Assembly: GCF_020745735.1 (NCBI RefSeq)
Contig: NC_083444.1
Coordinates: 7,260,338 to 7,324,337, forward strand
DNA from: Hemiscyllium ocellatum
Taxonomy: Eukaryota
Direction of reading: 5' to 3'
Length of the DNA: 64,000 nucleotides
Shown here piece after piece: positions 36,225 to 47,946 of this stretch. Both the position numbers and the translations under genes were made by a program. Position 1 is the first letter of the stretch. Each line of letters begins with the position of its first letter. Below the pieces are notes generated by a model, which saw nothing but the letters and a program-made list of their open reading frames with translations, had not been told where the DNA came from and searched no databases.

Positions 36225-37800
36225 ATGGTGTGGAAACAGGCCCTTTGACCCAACAAATCCATACCAACTCTCCGAACAGTAACCCACCCAAATCCATTCC
36301 CCGTTATTCTACGTTTATCTCTAATAAGTGCACCATCCCTGGACATTATGAGACAATTTAGCATGGCCAATCCACCCTAACCTGCACATCTCTGGGCACT
36401 ATGAGACAATTTAGCACAGCCAATTCACCCTAACCTGCATATCCCTGGACACTATGAGACAATTTAGCGCGGCCAATCCACCCTAACCTGCACATCCCCA
36501 GACACTATGGGACAATTCAGCACAGCCAATCCATCCTAACCTGCACGTCCCTGAGCACTCTGGGACAATTTCGCGTGGCCAATCCACTCTAACCTGCACA
36601 TCCCTGGGCACTATGGGACAATTTAGCGCAGCCAATCCACCCTAACCTGCACATCCCTGGGCACTATGGGACAATTTAGCGCGGCCAATCCACCCTAACC
36701 TGCACATCCCTGGGCACTATGGGACAATTTAGCGCGGCCAATCCACCCTAACCTGCACATCCCTGGGCACTATGGGACAATTTAGCACGGCCAATCCACC
36801 CTAACCTGCACATCGCTGGGCACTATGGACAATTTAGCGCGGCCAATCCACCCTAACCTGCACATCCCTGGGCACTATGGGACAAATTAGCACGGCCAAT
36901 CCACCCTAACCTGCACATCCCTGGACACTGTGGGTCAATTTAGCGCGGCCAATCCACCCTAACCTGCACATCCCCAGACACTATGGGACAATTCAGCACA
37001 GCCAATCCATCCTAACCTGCACATCCCTGAGCACTATGGGACAATTTCGCGCCCAATCCACTCTAACCTGCACATTCCTGGGCACTATGGGACAATTTAG
37101 CACGGCCAATCCACTCTAACCTGCACATCCCTGGGCACTATGGGACAATTTAGCACGGCCAATCCACCCTAGCCTGCACATCCCTGGGCATTATGGGACA
37201 ATTTAGCGCAGCCAATCCACCCTAACCTGCACATCCCTGGACACTATGGGACAATTTAGCACGGACAATCCACCCTAACCTGCACATCCCTGGGCACTAG
37301 GGACAATTTAGCGCGGCCAATCCACCCTAACCTGCACATCCCTGGGCACTATGGGACAATTTAGCACGGCCAATCCACCCTAACCTGCACATCCCTGGGC
37401 ACTATGGGACAATTTAGCGCGGCCAATCCACCCTAACCTGCACATCCCTGGACACTATGGGACAATTTAGCACGGACAATCCACCCTAACCTGCACATCC
37501 CTGGGCACTAGGGACAATTTAGCGCGGCCAATCCACCCTAACCTGCACATCCCTGGACACTATGGGACAATTTAGCATGGCCAATCCACCCTAACCTGTA
37601 CATCCCTGGACACTATGGGACAATTTAGCATGGCCAATCCACCCTAACCGCACATCTTTGGACTGCGAGAGTAAACCAGAGCACCCGGAGGAAACCCACA
37701 CAGACGCGTGGAGAATGTGCAAACTCCACACAGACAGTCGCCTGAGGCTGGAATTGAACCCGGGTCCCTGGTGCTGTGAGGCAACAGTAATAACCACTGA
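36225..37800 (-). repeat. HE1 SINE whose internal 53-bp unit has expanded to about 25 tandem copies
   Basis: SINE tail at ~36225-36330, array 36330-37650 (GGGCACTATGGGACAATTTAGCRCGGCCAATCCACCCTAACCTGCACATCCCT), SINE V-domain and head at 37650-37800. Confidence 0.93.
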
Positions 37801-38084
37801 GATGTCGTGTCTCCCCATTCACTGAAGTTCCTTTTTTGCCTGAGGTATCGATCACTCCCATGTTTCTGCTCAAATGTCATAAGCAACATGGAGTAGTGCT
37901 GACAGTAGGGTCAGCAGGATGTTGATGATTCTCGGAGAGCATGACTGTTTCGGTAGAAGGAGAATCTCTTGAGTTTTGAGATTTTTGGGATTCATCGTAA
38001 GAATAAGAGCGAGGTAAGGGAGGTATTCCAGCTGGAATATCTCTACAACACTGGAGAATATTTTCAGACAAAGTGTCACAGAAA

Positions 38085-38950
38085 AAAGTCAGATGGGTTG
38101 AGGGGTGGAAGATGATGTTTAATTTAGATAAATGCAAGGTGCTGTATTTTGGGAACGCAAATTAGAACAGGACTTATACACTTAGTGGTCAGGTCAGAGG
38201 GAGAGTTGCTGAACAAAGAGACCTTGGAGTGCAGGTTCATAGCTCCTTGAAAGTAGAGAGGCAGGTAGATAGGATAGTGAAGAAGGCGTTTGGTATGCTT
38301 TCCTTTATTGGTCAGAGTATTGAGTACAGGAGTTGGGAGGTCATTTATTGAGTACAGGAGTTGGGAGGTCATGTTGTGGCTGTACAGGACATTCGGTGAA
38401 GCCACTTTTGGAATACTGCTTTCAGTTCTGGTCTCCCTGCTATTGGAAAGTTGTTTAATTTGAAAGGGTGCAGAAAAGATCGACAAGGATGTTGTCAGTG
38501 TTGGAGGATTTGAGCTGTAGAGTGAGATTGAATAGGCTGGGGCTGTTTTCCGTGGAGCGTCGGAGGCTGAAGGCTGACTTTATAGAGGTTTATAAAATCA
38601 TGAGGGGCATGGTTAGGGTAAATAGACAAAGTCTTTTTCCCCAAGCATCAGTGAGTTCAAAACTAGAGGACATAGGTTTAAGGTGAGAGGGGAAAGGTTT
38701 AAAAAGGACCTAAGGGGCAACATTTTCACACAGAGGGTGGTGCATGTACAGAATAAGCTGCCAGAGGAAGTGGTGGAGGCTGGTAGAATGACAACATCTA
38801 AAAGGCATCTGGGTGGGTATATGAACAGGAAGGGTTTAGGTGGATATGGGCCAAGTGCTGGCAAATGGGGCTAGAGTAAATGAGGATATCCGATCAGCAT
38901 GGACGAGTCAGCCCGAAGGGTCTGTTTCCGTGTCGTACATCTCTATAAGT
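38085..38950 (+). mobile_element. CR1/HER1 LINE 3' ~0.9 kb
   Basis: RLNRLGLFSVERRRLKADFIEVYKIMRG, then RGERFKKDLRGNIFTQRVV and the 3' UTR. Confidence 0.92.
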
Positions 38951-39591
38951 CTAAATGAGGCTAGATTAATTCAGGAGATGTGGTTGGCATGGATGAGTCG
39001 GACCTCTTCCAGTGCTGTATTGTTCCTTGTTCTTTGTATATACGCTTAAGATAGGGTGGGACGAGGAAAACATGATTGGTGGAGGTGGAGCCCATAGAGA
39101 GAGAGAGAGAGTGAGAGAGAGAGAGAGAGTGAGAGAGAGAAAACAATTGGACAGACAAAGGAATAAATAATGGTCAGCCTGGGAGAATCAGTAGCTGCTA
39201 ATGGAGACCTTTAGTGGCTGACAATGGGATTGTGTGTGGTAGCAGTCCTTGTGATGACAAGGCCTGGTGTGCGAAGGTTGGCGTAAGGACATCGGAAAAG
39301 GTGCGCAGACCTTGAAATTATTGAACTTGACATTGAATCCTGAAAGCTGCAGGGTCCACCAAGCGGAAAATGAGGTGTTCTTCCAGCTTGCTGAGTTTCA
39401 CTGCAGGAAACCTGAGGCCGAGGTGTGGGCCAGGGACACGGAGATGTGTGGTAAAGTGACATGCAACATGAATCTCAGATGCGATCAGTTCCAAGGACCT
39501 AAAATGTTGATTCTGTTTCCCTCTCTCTGTCTCTCTTTCTCTCTCCATAGATGCTACCGGACCCTGCTGATTTTCTCCAGCAATTTCTGTT

Positions 39592-40423
39592 GTTGTGGTA
39601 CTGTTCGCCGAGCTGGAAGTTTTTGCTGCAAACGTTTCGTTCCCTGGCTAGGGAACATCATCAGTGCTATTGGAGCCTCCTGTGAAGCGCTGCTGTGATG
39701 TTTCTTCCGGTATTTATAGTGGTTTGTTCTTGCCGCTTCTGGGTGTCAGTTTCAGCTGTAGTGGTTTATATATGGGGTCCAGGTCGATGTGTCTGTTAAT
39801 GGAGTTTGTGGATGAATGCCATGCCTCTAGGAATTCCCTGGCTGTTCTCTGTCTGGCTTGTCCTCTGATGGTAGTGTTTTCCCAGTCAAATTCATATTCC
39901 TGGTTGTCTGAGTGTATGGCTACTAGGGATAGCTGGTCGTGTCATTTTGTGGCTAGCTGATGTTCATGGATGCGGATTGTTAGCTGTCTTCCTGTTTGTC
40001 CTATATAGTGTTTTGTGCAGTCCTTGCATGGTATTTTGTAAACTACGTTAGTTTGGCTCGTGCTGGCTATTGGGTCCTTTGTTCTAGTGAGTTGTTGTCT
40101 GAGTGTGGAAGTTGGCTTGTGTGCTGTTATGAGTCCTAAGGGTCGCAGTAGTCTGGCTGTCAGTTCTGAGACGCTCCTGACGTATGGTAGTGTGGCTAGT
40201 CCTTTTTTTAAACTACTACAGCTGAAACTGACACCCGGAAGCGGCAAGAACAAACCACTATAAATACTGGAAGAAACATCACAGCAGCGCTTCACAGGAG
40301 GCTCCAATAGCACTGATGATGTTCCCTAGCCAGGGAACGAAACGTTTGCAGCAAAAACTTCCAGCTCGGCGAACAGAACCACAACAACGGACACCCGAGC
40401 TACAAATCTTCAACCAGACTTTA
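39592..40423 (-). mobile_element. Penelope-like element: GIY-YIG fragment between ~175-bp inverted termini, each carrying a hammerhead; 13-bp TSD
   Basis: NVVYKIPCKDCTKHYIGQTGRQLTIRIHEH; arms 39589-39767 / 40210-40388; TSD AGCAATTTCTGTT at 39579-39591 and 40424-40436. Confidence 0.88.
40310..40349 (+). ncRNA. Minimal hammerhead ribozyme motif (mirror copy on the minus strand at 39628-39667)
   Basis: GCA-CTGATGA-T-GTTCCCT-AGCC-AGGGAAC-GAAAC-GTT-TGC: 7-bp stem II, GCA/TGC stem I, palindromic AACGTT stem III. Confidence 0.72.
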
Positions 40424-40514
40424 AGCAATTTCTGTTTTTGTTTCTGACATCCAGCATCCACAATGTTTTAGGATTGTTTTTATCGAGAGGGTACAATGCA
40501 GTTTCAATGAGATA

Positions 40515-41255
40515 CCTGGCATTGGGTAGATAGGGAAACTGGTGAAGTTGTTGTTGATGCCGTGTGGTTGGAGGGTCCCAAGGTGGAAGATGAAGCATTC
40601 TTCCTCCAGGCATTGGATGACTAGAGTTTGGTGGTGTAGGAGGTCCAGGACTTGCATGTCCTTGGTGGAGTGGGAGGGGGAATTGAAGTAGCCGGCCACA
40701 GGACAAGGGGTTTATTTGGTGCATGTGTCCCAGAGATGTTCTCGGAAATGTTGTGCGAGTTGGCACCCTATTTCCCTGATGTAGAGGAGACCATCTAGAT
40801 GAGGTGATTGGATGTGCAGGAAAATCTCTGCTGGATGTGGAAGGATCCTTTGGTGCCTTGGATGGGGATGAGCAGGGAAGTGTGGATGCAGATTTTACAC
40901 CTCTTGCAGTGGCAAGGAAAGGTGCCGGGTGTGGAGGGTGGGTTGGTGGAGTATGTGGACCTAACGAAGGAGTGGCAGAGGGAAAGGTCGCTGTGGAACA
41001 CTGATAGGGGTGGGGAGGGAAATATATATCCCTGGTGGTGGAGTCTGGTTGCAGGTGGGGGAAATGGCAGAGGATAATGTCATATATCTGAAGGTTGGTG
41101 GGGTGAAAGGTGAGGACCAGGGGTGTTCTGTTCTTGTGGTGGTTGCAGGGGTGGGGCTCAAGTGCAGAGGCGCGGTAAGTGGAGGAGATGCACTGGAGGG
41201 CATTATTGATCATGTGGATGGGGAAATTGTGGTCCTGGAAAAAGGAGGCCATCTG
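40515..41255 (-). mobile_element. Penelope-like element fragment (RT C-terminus/GIY-YIG, degenerate)
   Basis: RTPLVLTFHPTNLQI...; PGTFPCHCKRCKIC; homologous to 46454-47030. Confidence 0.8.
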
Positions 41256-42391
41256 GGATTTTGCCAGTGTGGAATTTTAAGGTAACAAGAGTAAGATTTA
41301 AAAAGGTCACGAGGGGCAATTTGTTTACATAGAGAGTTGTTCGTGAGTGAAATGAACTTCCAGAGGAAGTGGTGAATGCCAATGCAATTGTTACATTTGA
41401 AAGGTGCTTGCATAGGTACATGAATAAGCAATGGGGAGCGATATGGAGAGATATGGGCCAAGCGCAGGACTAGTTTAATTTGGGAGTATGATTGGCATGG
41501 TCTGTTTTGTACCATGATTTTATGCTTGAAATGTTGCAGGAATGGGACATTTTGCACACAAGATATTGTGTCTAGGGATTGAAGTGTCTAAAGTGATGGG
41601 AGATGGATTAACTATAAGGTGACAAAGGGGAGCCAGTATTGGACTGGGGTGGGCAAAGTTAAAAAAATCACACAACACCAGGTTATAGTCCAACAGGTTC
41701 ATTTGGAAGCACTAGCCTTTGGAGCGCTGATCATTCTGAGCTGTCTGAGTTGAGAAGTCACCTTTTTTGTAAAACCTTAAGTTATCTTTGGAATGTGACT
41801 TGGAAGAAGTTCTGGGATTTAAATATTAATGAATCAAAGCTTGCAACCCATTCTAAAAGATGAAAGACTTAACAGCAATCTAGATTTGTTCAATATATCG
41901 TATCAGTTGCATGACACTGTTATCTTGTGCTAAAAATTCATGTCTAATAAACCTGTTGGACTATAACCTGGTGTTTGTGATTTTTAACTGTAAGTTGTTA
42001 AAGTTAGACAGTGGTATTTGCGTCAAGAAGTTGGAGGACTCGATACAAACCAAAGCTACTGAAGAGTATTTGGAGATGAGAATGAAATAGTCCCCTGGGC
42101 ACTCCAAGATCTCCAAAAGTTTCTGCATGATACCAACTGTGTGGGAATTAGATAGATCATTACCCAACCACCCAGATATTGCTGATTGCTATTGGATCAC
42201 TGGCTTGGAATTGAAATTTTTGATGGAAAAGAAATGGTGAGGTAGATTGATAGACCCCGGCTTGTTGACATACACATTTTTCATTTTTAAGCATTTCCAT
42301 GCCCATAAATGTTGGAACGTGAGGAAGTAGACTTGAACAGAGAGAGGAATTGCTGAGCAGGACTGGCGCAGGAGGTGCAGAGCAGAGGAGC

Positions 42392-42730
42392 TGCAGCACT
42401 GCCGCTGGCAGGAGGGTGTAATTACAGTGCGACGTGTTTACCAGAAGGATGCTTCATGTAAACACGTCACGTGGTATTCACACCCTCCTGCCAGTGGCGG
42501 TGCTGCATCCCCTCTGGTGTTGCAGCTGCCAGCAGAGAGGCTGCAGCACCACCGCTGACGGGAAGATGTAATTACAGCTTATGTGTTTTTGTCTTCTCAG
42601 CAGAGGGACTGCAGCACTGCCATTGACAGGAGGGTGTAATTACAGCATGACACATGCTTTTCCACCTCTCAGCAGAGGGGCTACAGCACTGCTGCTGGCA
42701 GGAGGGTGTAATTACAGTGTGACACGTTGA
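42392..42730. repeat. ~50-bp inverted repeat (hairpin 42392-42507) plus three further direct copies of the arm, just 3' of the pentraxin stop
   Basis: tgcagcactgccgctggcaggagggtgtaattacagtgcgacgtgtttac versus the reverse complement of gtaaacacgtcacgtggtattcacaccctcctgccagtggcggtgctgca; 16-nt loop. Confidence 0.75.
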
Positions 42731-42852
42731 CTTGGACAATCCCCATTTTAAATGTCGACACTGGAAGTTACAATGAGGAGCGATGAGACAAGGAGGCTCA
42801 GACATGCAATTTTGTTATTAGATGCTCTTCAAGCAATAGAGTGTTAGGATGA

Positions 42853-43508
42853 TTACATATAAGAATGGCATGATTGCTCTGAAGCCAACTCAAGGGAATC
42901 AAGAACAGGCTCAAATTGAACATTCCCTTCTGCCTTAAAATTCCCTCTATCCCAGTTGATGATGTTTCCACCCAGCCTGGCAGTGCCCTGAGCGACAGAT
43001 TTGATTTTGCTGGCTGGCAGAACGTAGTCCCACAGGTGGACGTCCCTTTGAACGCCGACGAAGGATTGCCCAGCTTCAAAGCTGCCTCCCACCACATCCT
43101 GGTCCTGGCCGATCATGACGACGACCGGAATGCGCACGGCCTGACCCCGGGCCATGACCTTCTTCCGGGACGGCTGTCCATCCATCCAGACGGTGGTGGC
43201 TCCAGTGTCCGACTCCCACGTGAAGCAGAGGTGTCGCAGGATGTCATCCAGAGGCGGGAGCTTGAAGTAGGCGACGTGGTCCCGTATGTAGAAGGCGTAT
43301 CTCCCGTCCACCTCGAGCCAGACGTGGAGTTCATTTGGGCTGTCCTGCCCCGCGTAGGAGAACAGGATGACGTCCCTGAACAAATCCTCGGAGGCCAGGC
43401 GCATGCACAGCGTCAGGGCATCCAGAGGCACATACCGCAGCGGGAGCAATGTCACGTGATTCTCCTCCGACCTGTTGGGGAACACTGCAGAAAACTGCCA
43501 GAGCCCAG
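42853..43508 (-). CDS. Short pentraxin (CRP/SAP-like), pentraxin-domain exon
   Basis: Acceptor ttcttctttcctcttccag|CT (phase 1); TLCMR, ILFSYA, NELHVW, pentraxin signature HLCFTWES, GQDQDVVGGSFEAGQSFVG, LWDYVL, GNIINW; intact to TAA. Confidence 0.93.
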
Positions 43509-43544
43509 CTGGAAGAGGAAAGAAGAAGAATTTGGTGGCAGAAT

Positions 43545-44300
43545 GGACAGTGAAGACGCTTTTCCACAATTTCAAAGGGTTCTTGATCAAATGGGCTGAA
43601 AAATGGCAGATGGAGTTAAACCTGGTAAATGCAAAACACAAACGAGGGTAGGCCTTGGATAATGTTGTAGAACAGAGAGGCCTAGAGGTTCAGGAACGTA
43701 ATTGGTTGAATTTTGTGTCACATATAGACCGGGTGGTTTACCACACTTGCCTTCATTGCTCCGTCCTTGGAGTGCAGGAGTTGGGAAGTCACGTTGAGGT
43801 TGTATAGGATAATGGTGAGACCTCTTTTGGAATACCGTGTCCAGTTCTGGTCGTCCAGTTATATGAAGGATGTTATTAAGCTGGAGAGGGTTCAGGAGAG
43901 ATTTACCAGGATGTTGCCGGGTATGGAAGGTTTGACTTACAAAGAAAGGCTGGATAGGCTGGGACCTTTTTTACTTGAGCGGAGGAGGTTGAGAGACAAC
44001 CTGATAGAGATGAATAAAATAATGGGGTGTATAGATGGGGCTAATGGTAGTTATTTTTTCTTCGGATGTAAGATTTCAAGACAAGGTGCACATTTTTAAG
44101 GTGAAAGGAGAGAGATTAAAAGAAGACATGAGGGGAAAATCGTTTACACAGAGCTTGTTTTGTGCGTGGAATGAACTTCCAGGGGAAGTGGTGGATGTGG
44201 GTACAGTCTCAACATTTAAAAGACATTTTGATGAGGACATTGGTCAGGCCATTTTTAGAATGTTGCATGCAATCCTGGTCTCTTTCCTATCAGAAGGATG
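43545..44300 (+). mobile_element. CR1 LINE fragment (pentraxin intron)
   Basis: LYRIMVRPLLEYRVQFWS...KLERVQERFTRMLPG. Confidence 0.88.
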
Positions 44301-44769
44301 TTTGGGATATAAAACTGCTGTGAGGAATGAGAAAGTCTGGACTGGTCATTCAGAAATCAGGTAAGGAATCATTGGAGTAATTACTAGGGAGGGTCTCAAG
44401 TGTTTAATGTTGTAGAAAGGGTGTCTGTCTCTGTGTCCCTTGGAGATGAATGAGGAGCACCCTCAGAACATTGGGATTGGATGATGAAGCCAATCTGGAC
44501 TGAGCTGTGCATTTTTGGAAGTCCGGGACAGAGTGCGCCTGTAGGATGCTGCAGCCCTTTAGTAACTACGGCTTTTCTCTCTCCATCACTGGGACAATGT
44601 CACAACATAATGCAGCACTGCACTCCTATGGAATACTGACCGCTCCATATCGATGTCCCTGTTCTCGGCCTAAATTCTTTGCTCCCTCAACTAATAAAAA
44701 TATCGACCTCTGTCAGCTTTGAGAAATCTTAATCTGTCGTCTTACAGAAGACTATTTGCAGGGATTTTT

Positions 44770-44985
44770 GATGGGGTTTCTGTGAACAAGGTCAGCCAGG
44801 TAGACCTCAGAGAATGTGAGCTCCCTGATTGGGGCTGTTACTTTGGTCCAATCAGGGAGCCCTGGCTGACAGCTATAAACAGAGGGTCTCCTCACTCAAG
44901 GGACTGGTTCTGAGCTGGCTGGTCAGCACTGTGCATGAGTAAATAAAGGGTGACTTGGTGACCAGCCTCTGTGATATAATTTTAG
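44770..44985 (+). mobile_element. Diverged solo-LTR-like repeat (same family as 6397 and 28664)
   Basis: gaacaaggtcagccaggtagacctc...ccaatcagggagccctggctgacagctataaac...gtaaataaagggtgacttggtg. Confidence 0.7.
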
Positions 44986-45444
44986 CCTCGGTTTAAGGTT
45001 CATATCCCATGAGAAATAAAAAAAAAGACTCATGCATGGAGTCAAAGATACAGGTGAGACCCAAGGTCAATGCAAAACATTGAAAAGGGGCCAGGGTAAA
45101 ATATTTGAAAGAGGAATAGTGTTGAATCTGTAACGATGGTGCCAGGCACATACGTGCCAAGCAATACCCTCTTCCCAGCAAGAGTAAACTCAACCCATAC
45201 CCTATGACACTCAATAGTATAACCATCCCGGATTCCAATGCCATAATCAACCCCCTGGGTGCTACCATTGGCCAGAAACTGACCACAGCAGCTACAAGAG
45301 ATCTGGGAATCTCACTCACCTCCTGACTCCCTCCCCCCAAAGCCTGTCTGACCATCGACAAGGCACAGGTCAGGTGTGTGAGGGAATACTCCCCCCTTGT
45401 CTTGGATGGGGCAGCTCCAATAACACTCAAGAAACTCAAACACC

Positions 45445-46080
45445 AGCTGGACAGGATAGTGAAGATGGCATTTGGTATGCTGGCTTTCATTGTCAGTGCA
45501 TTGATTTGGGAGGTCACATTGTGGCTGTACAGGACATTGGTCAGGCTACTTTTGGAAAACTGCACTCAATTCGGGTCTTCTCTGCTGTCGGAAAGATGCG
45601 AAACTTGAAAGGGTTCTGAAAAGATTTGCATAGATGTTGCTGGGGTTGGAGGGTTTGAGCTAGATGGGTGAGGCTAAATAGGCTGGAGCTGTTTTCCCTG
45701 GAGCATCAGAGACTGAGGGGTGACCTTATCGTGGTTTATTAAATCATGAGGGGCATGGATAGGATAAATAGCCAAGGTCTTTTCCCAGAGTAGGGGAGTC
45801 CAAAACTAGGAGGGCATAGGTTTAAAGTGAGAGGGAAAGATTTAAAAAGGACCGAAGGGGCAATGTTTTCACACAGAGGGTGGTGTGTGTATGGAATGAG
45901 CTGCCAGAGGAAGTGGTGGAGATGGGTACAATGATGACATTTAAAAGGCATCAGGATGGGGCTATGGATAGGGAGGGTGTAGAGGAATATGGGTCAAGTG
46001 CTGGCAAATGGGACTAGATAAATTATGGATATCTGGTTGGCATGGATAAGGTGGACCGAAGGCTCTGTTGTACATCTCCA
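45445..46080 (+). mobile_element. CR1/HER1 LINE 3' fragment
   Basis: DRIVKMAFGMLAFI...LYRTLVR, plus the HER1 3' UTR. Confidence 0.88.
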
Positions 46081-46453
46081 TGACCATCCAGGACAAAGTA
46101 GCCCCCTAGATTGGCACCACATCCACTCCGCACCCCCCTCCCCAACCAAAGCTCAGTCACAGCAGTGCGTACCATTGACAAGATGCACTGCAGCAACTCA
46201 CCAAGCCTCCTCCAGCAGCTCCTTCCAAACACACGACCTCTACCATCTAGGAGGACAAGGGCAGCAGATACATGGGAACACCACCCCCTGCTGGTTCCCC
46301 TCCGAGCCCCTCACCGTCCCAACTTGGACATATATCGGCCGTTCCTTCAGTGTCACTGGGTCTGAATCCCAGAACCCCCTCCTTAACGGTGCTGCATGGG
46401 TGTCCCTTCACTACACGGGACTGCAGTGGCTCAAGAAGGCAGCCCACCCCCAC

Positions 46454-47345
46454 CTTCATCCGCCGACATTTCCGCCACCTCCAAAAAGACCCCACCACCA
46501 GGGATATATTTCCCTCCCCACCCCTTTCCGCCTTCCGCAAAGACCGTTCCCTCCGTGACTACCTGGTCAAGTCCACACCCCTCTACGACCCACCCTCCCA
46601 TCCTGGCACCTTCCCCTGCCACCGCAGGAACTGTAAAACCTGTGCCCACACCTCCTCCCTCACCTCTATCCAAGGCCCTAAAGGAGCCTTCCACATCTAT
46701 CAAAGTTTTACCTGCACATCCACTAATATCATTTATTGTATCCGTTGCTCCCGATGCGGTCTCCTCTACACTGGGGAGACTGGGCGCCTCCTAGCGGAGC
46801 GCTTTAGGGAACATCTCTGAGACACCCGCACCAATCAACCACACCGCCCCGTGGCCCAACATTTCAACTCCCCCTCCCACTCTGCCGAGGACATGGAGGT
46901 CCTGGGCCTCCTTCACCGCCGCTCCCTCACCACCAGACGCCTGGAGGAAGAACGCCTCATCTTCTGCCTCGGAACACTTCAACCCCAGGGCATCAATGTG
47001 GACTTCAACAGTTTCCTTATTTCCCCTTCCCCACCTCATCCTAGTTCCAAACTTCCAGCTCAGCACTGTCACCATGACTTATCCGGACTTGTCCGACCTG
47101 CCTAGCCCCTTTTCCACCTATCCACTCCACCCTCTCCTCCCTGACCTATCACCTTCATCCCCTCCCCGACTCACCCATTGTACTCTATGCTACTCTCTCC
47201 CCACCCCCACCCTCCTCTAGCTTATCTCTCCACGCTTCAGGCTCTCTGCCTTTATTCCTGATGAAGGGATTTTGCCCGAAACGTCGATTTTGCTGCTCGT
47301 TGGATGCTGCCAGAACTGCTGTGCTCTTCCAGCACCACTGATCCA
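46454..47345 (+). mobile_element. Penelope-like element 3' portion: GIY-YIG endonuclease plus terminal repeat with hammerhead core (47258-47285)
   Basis: GTFPCHRRNCKTC...FTCTSTNIIYCIRCSRCGLLYTGETGRLLAERFREHL...LGTLQPQGINVDF; CTGATGAAGGGATTTTGCCCGAAACGTC. Confidence 0.9.
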
Positions 47346-47888
47346 GAACTAGGGACAGGCCCAGCCAATGCCACCCACATCCCAGCAAAAAAAAATGACA
47401 CCTGGGAAGGGAATCAGGGATTAATGGGAAGAGGGGAGGGAAAAGGAATGGCAGTGGAGCAGGTGCAGGGGATAGGAAATGAGAGTGAGATGGGTACAGG
47501 GACAGGGCACCAATGGGTAGTACCCAAATACTAGTGGGTGTACACATGCCCATATTTTGCATGTTTGATGAGGACAGCCAGTGTCTTTGATAGATGCAGG
47601 GACCAAACTGAGAGGGATGATACATTTCAAACAGCCCTTGACCCGACTATTAAAATTTTCCAGTGCGTCTCCATCTCTCATCAACTTTGCAATCCCAGTC
47701 AGAGCAGGGAGTGGCGTTAGAGACATGCCACCAGTGACTCAGAATTCCTTCTCCCGGTCTCCCGAAATTGAGACCCCAGTTCAGAGGAAGATTCCAGCCT
47801 GTTGCCCTCCACCCCACTCCCAACGTCGCACTCGAAGCCAGACACAGACCCACCTGACCGGCCTCCAGCGCTGGAGGTAAATACTCAC

Positions 47889-47946
47889 TGCTCATCGCCG
47901 GAGGGAGAGTCATCATCAGCAACGCTACAGTGATAACGGCCGCCAT
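47889..47946 (-). CDS. Short pentraxin signal-peptide exon (MAAVITVALLMMTLPPAMS)
   Basis: Good Kozak AAACATGG; hydrophobic 19 aa; phase-1 donor AGC A|GTGAGT matches the phase-1 acceptor at 43508 (typical CRP/SAP gene structure); protein 237 aa. Confidence 0.8.

Noticed and set aside
42916-43599. 227-aa plus-strand ORF
   Set aside because: Antisense shadow of the GC3-rich pentraxin exon.
43509-43641. N-terminal 44 aa of the 262-aa pentraxin ORF (MCFAFTRFNSICHF...)
   Set aside because: Intronic antisense CR1 sequence and the polypyrimidine tract; the real N-terminus is the signal exon at 47889-47946.
47560-47595. TTGATGAG-GACA-GCCAG-TGTC resembling a hammerhead
   Set aside because: Lacks C3 and the GAAA box after the stem.
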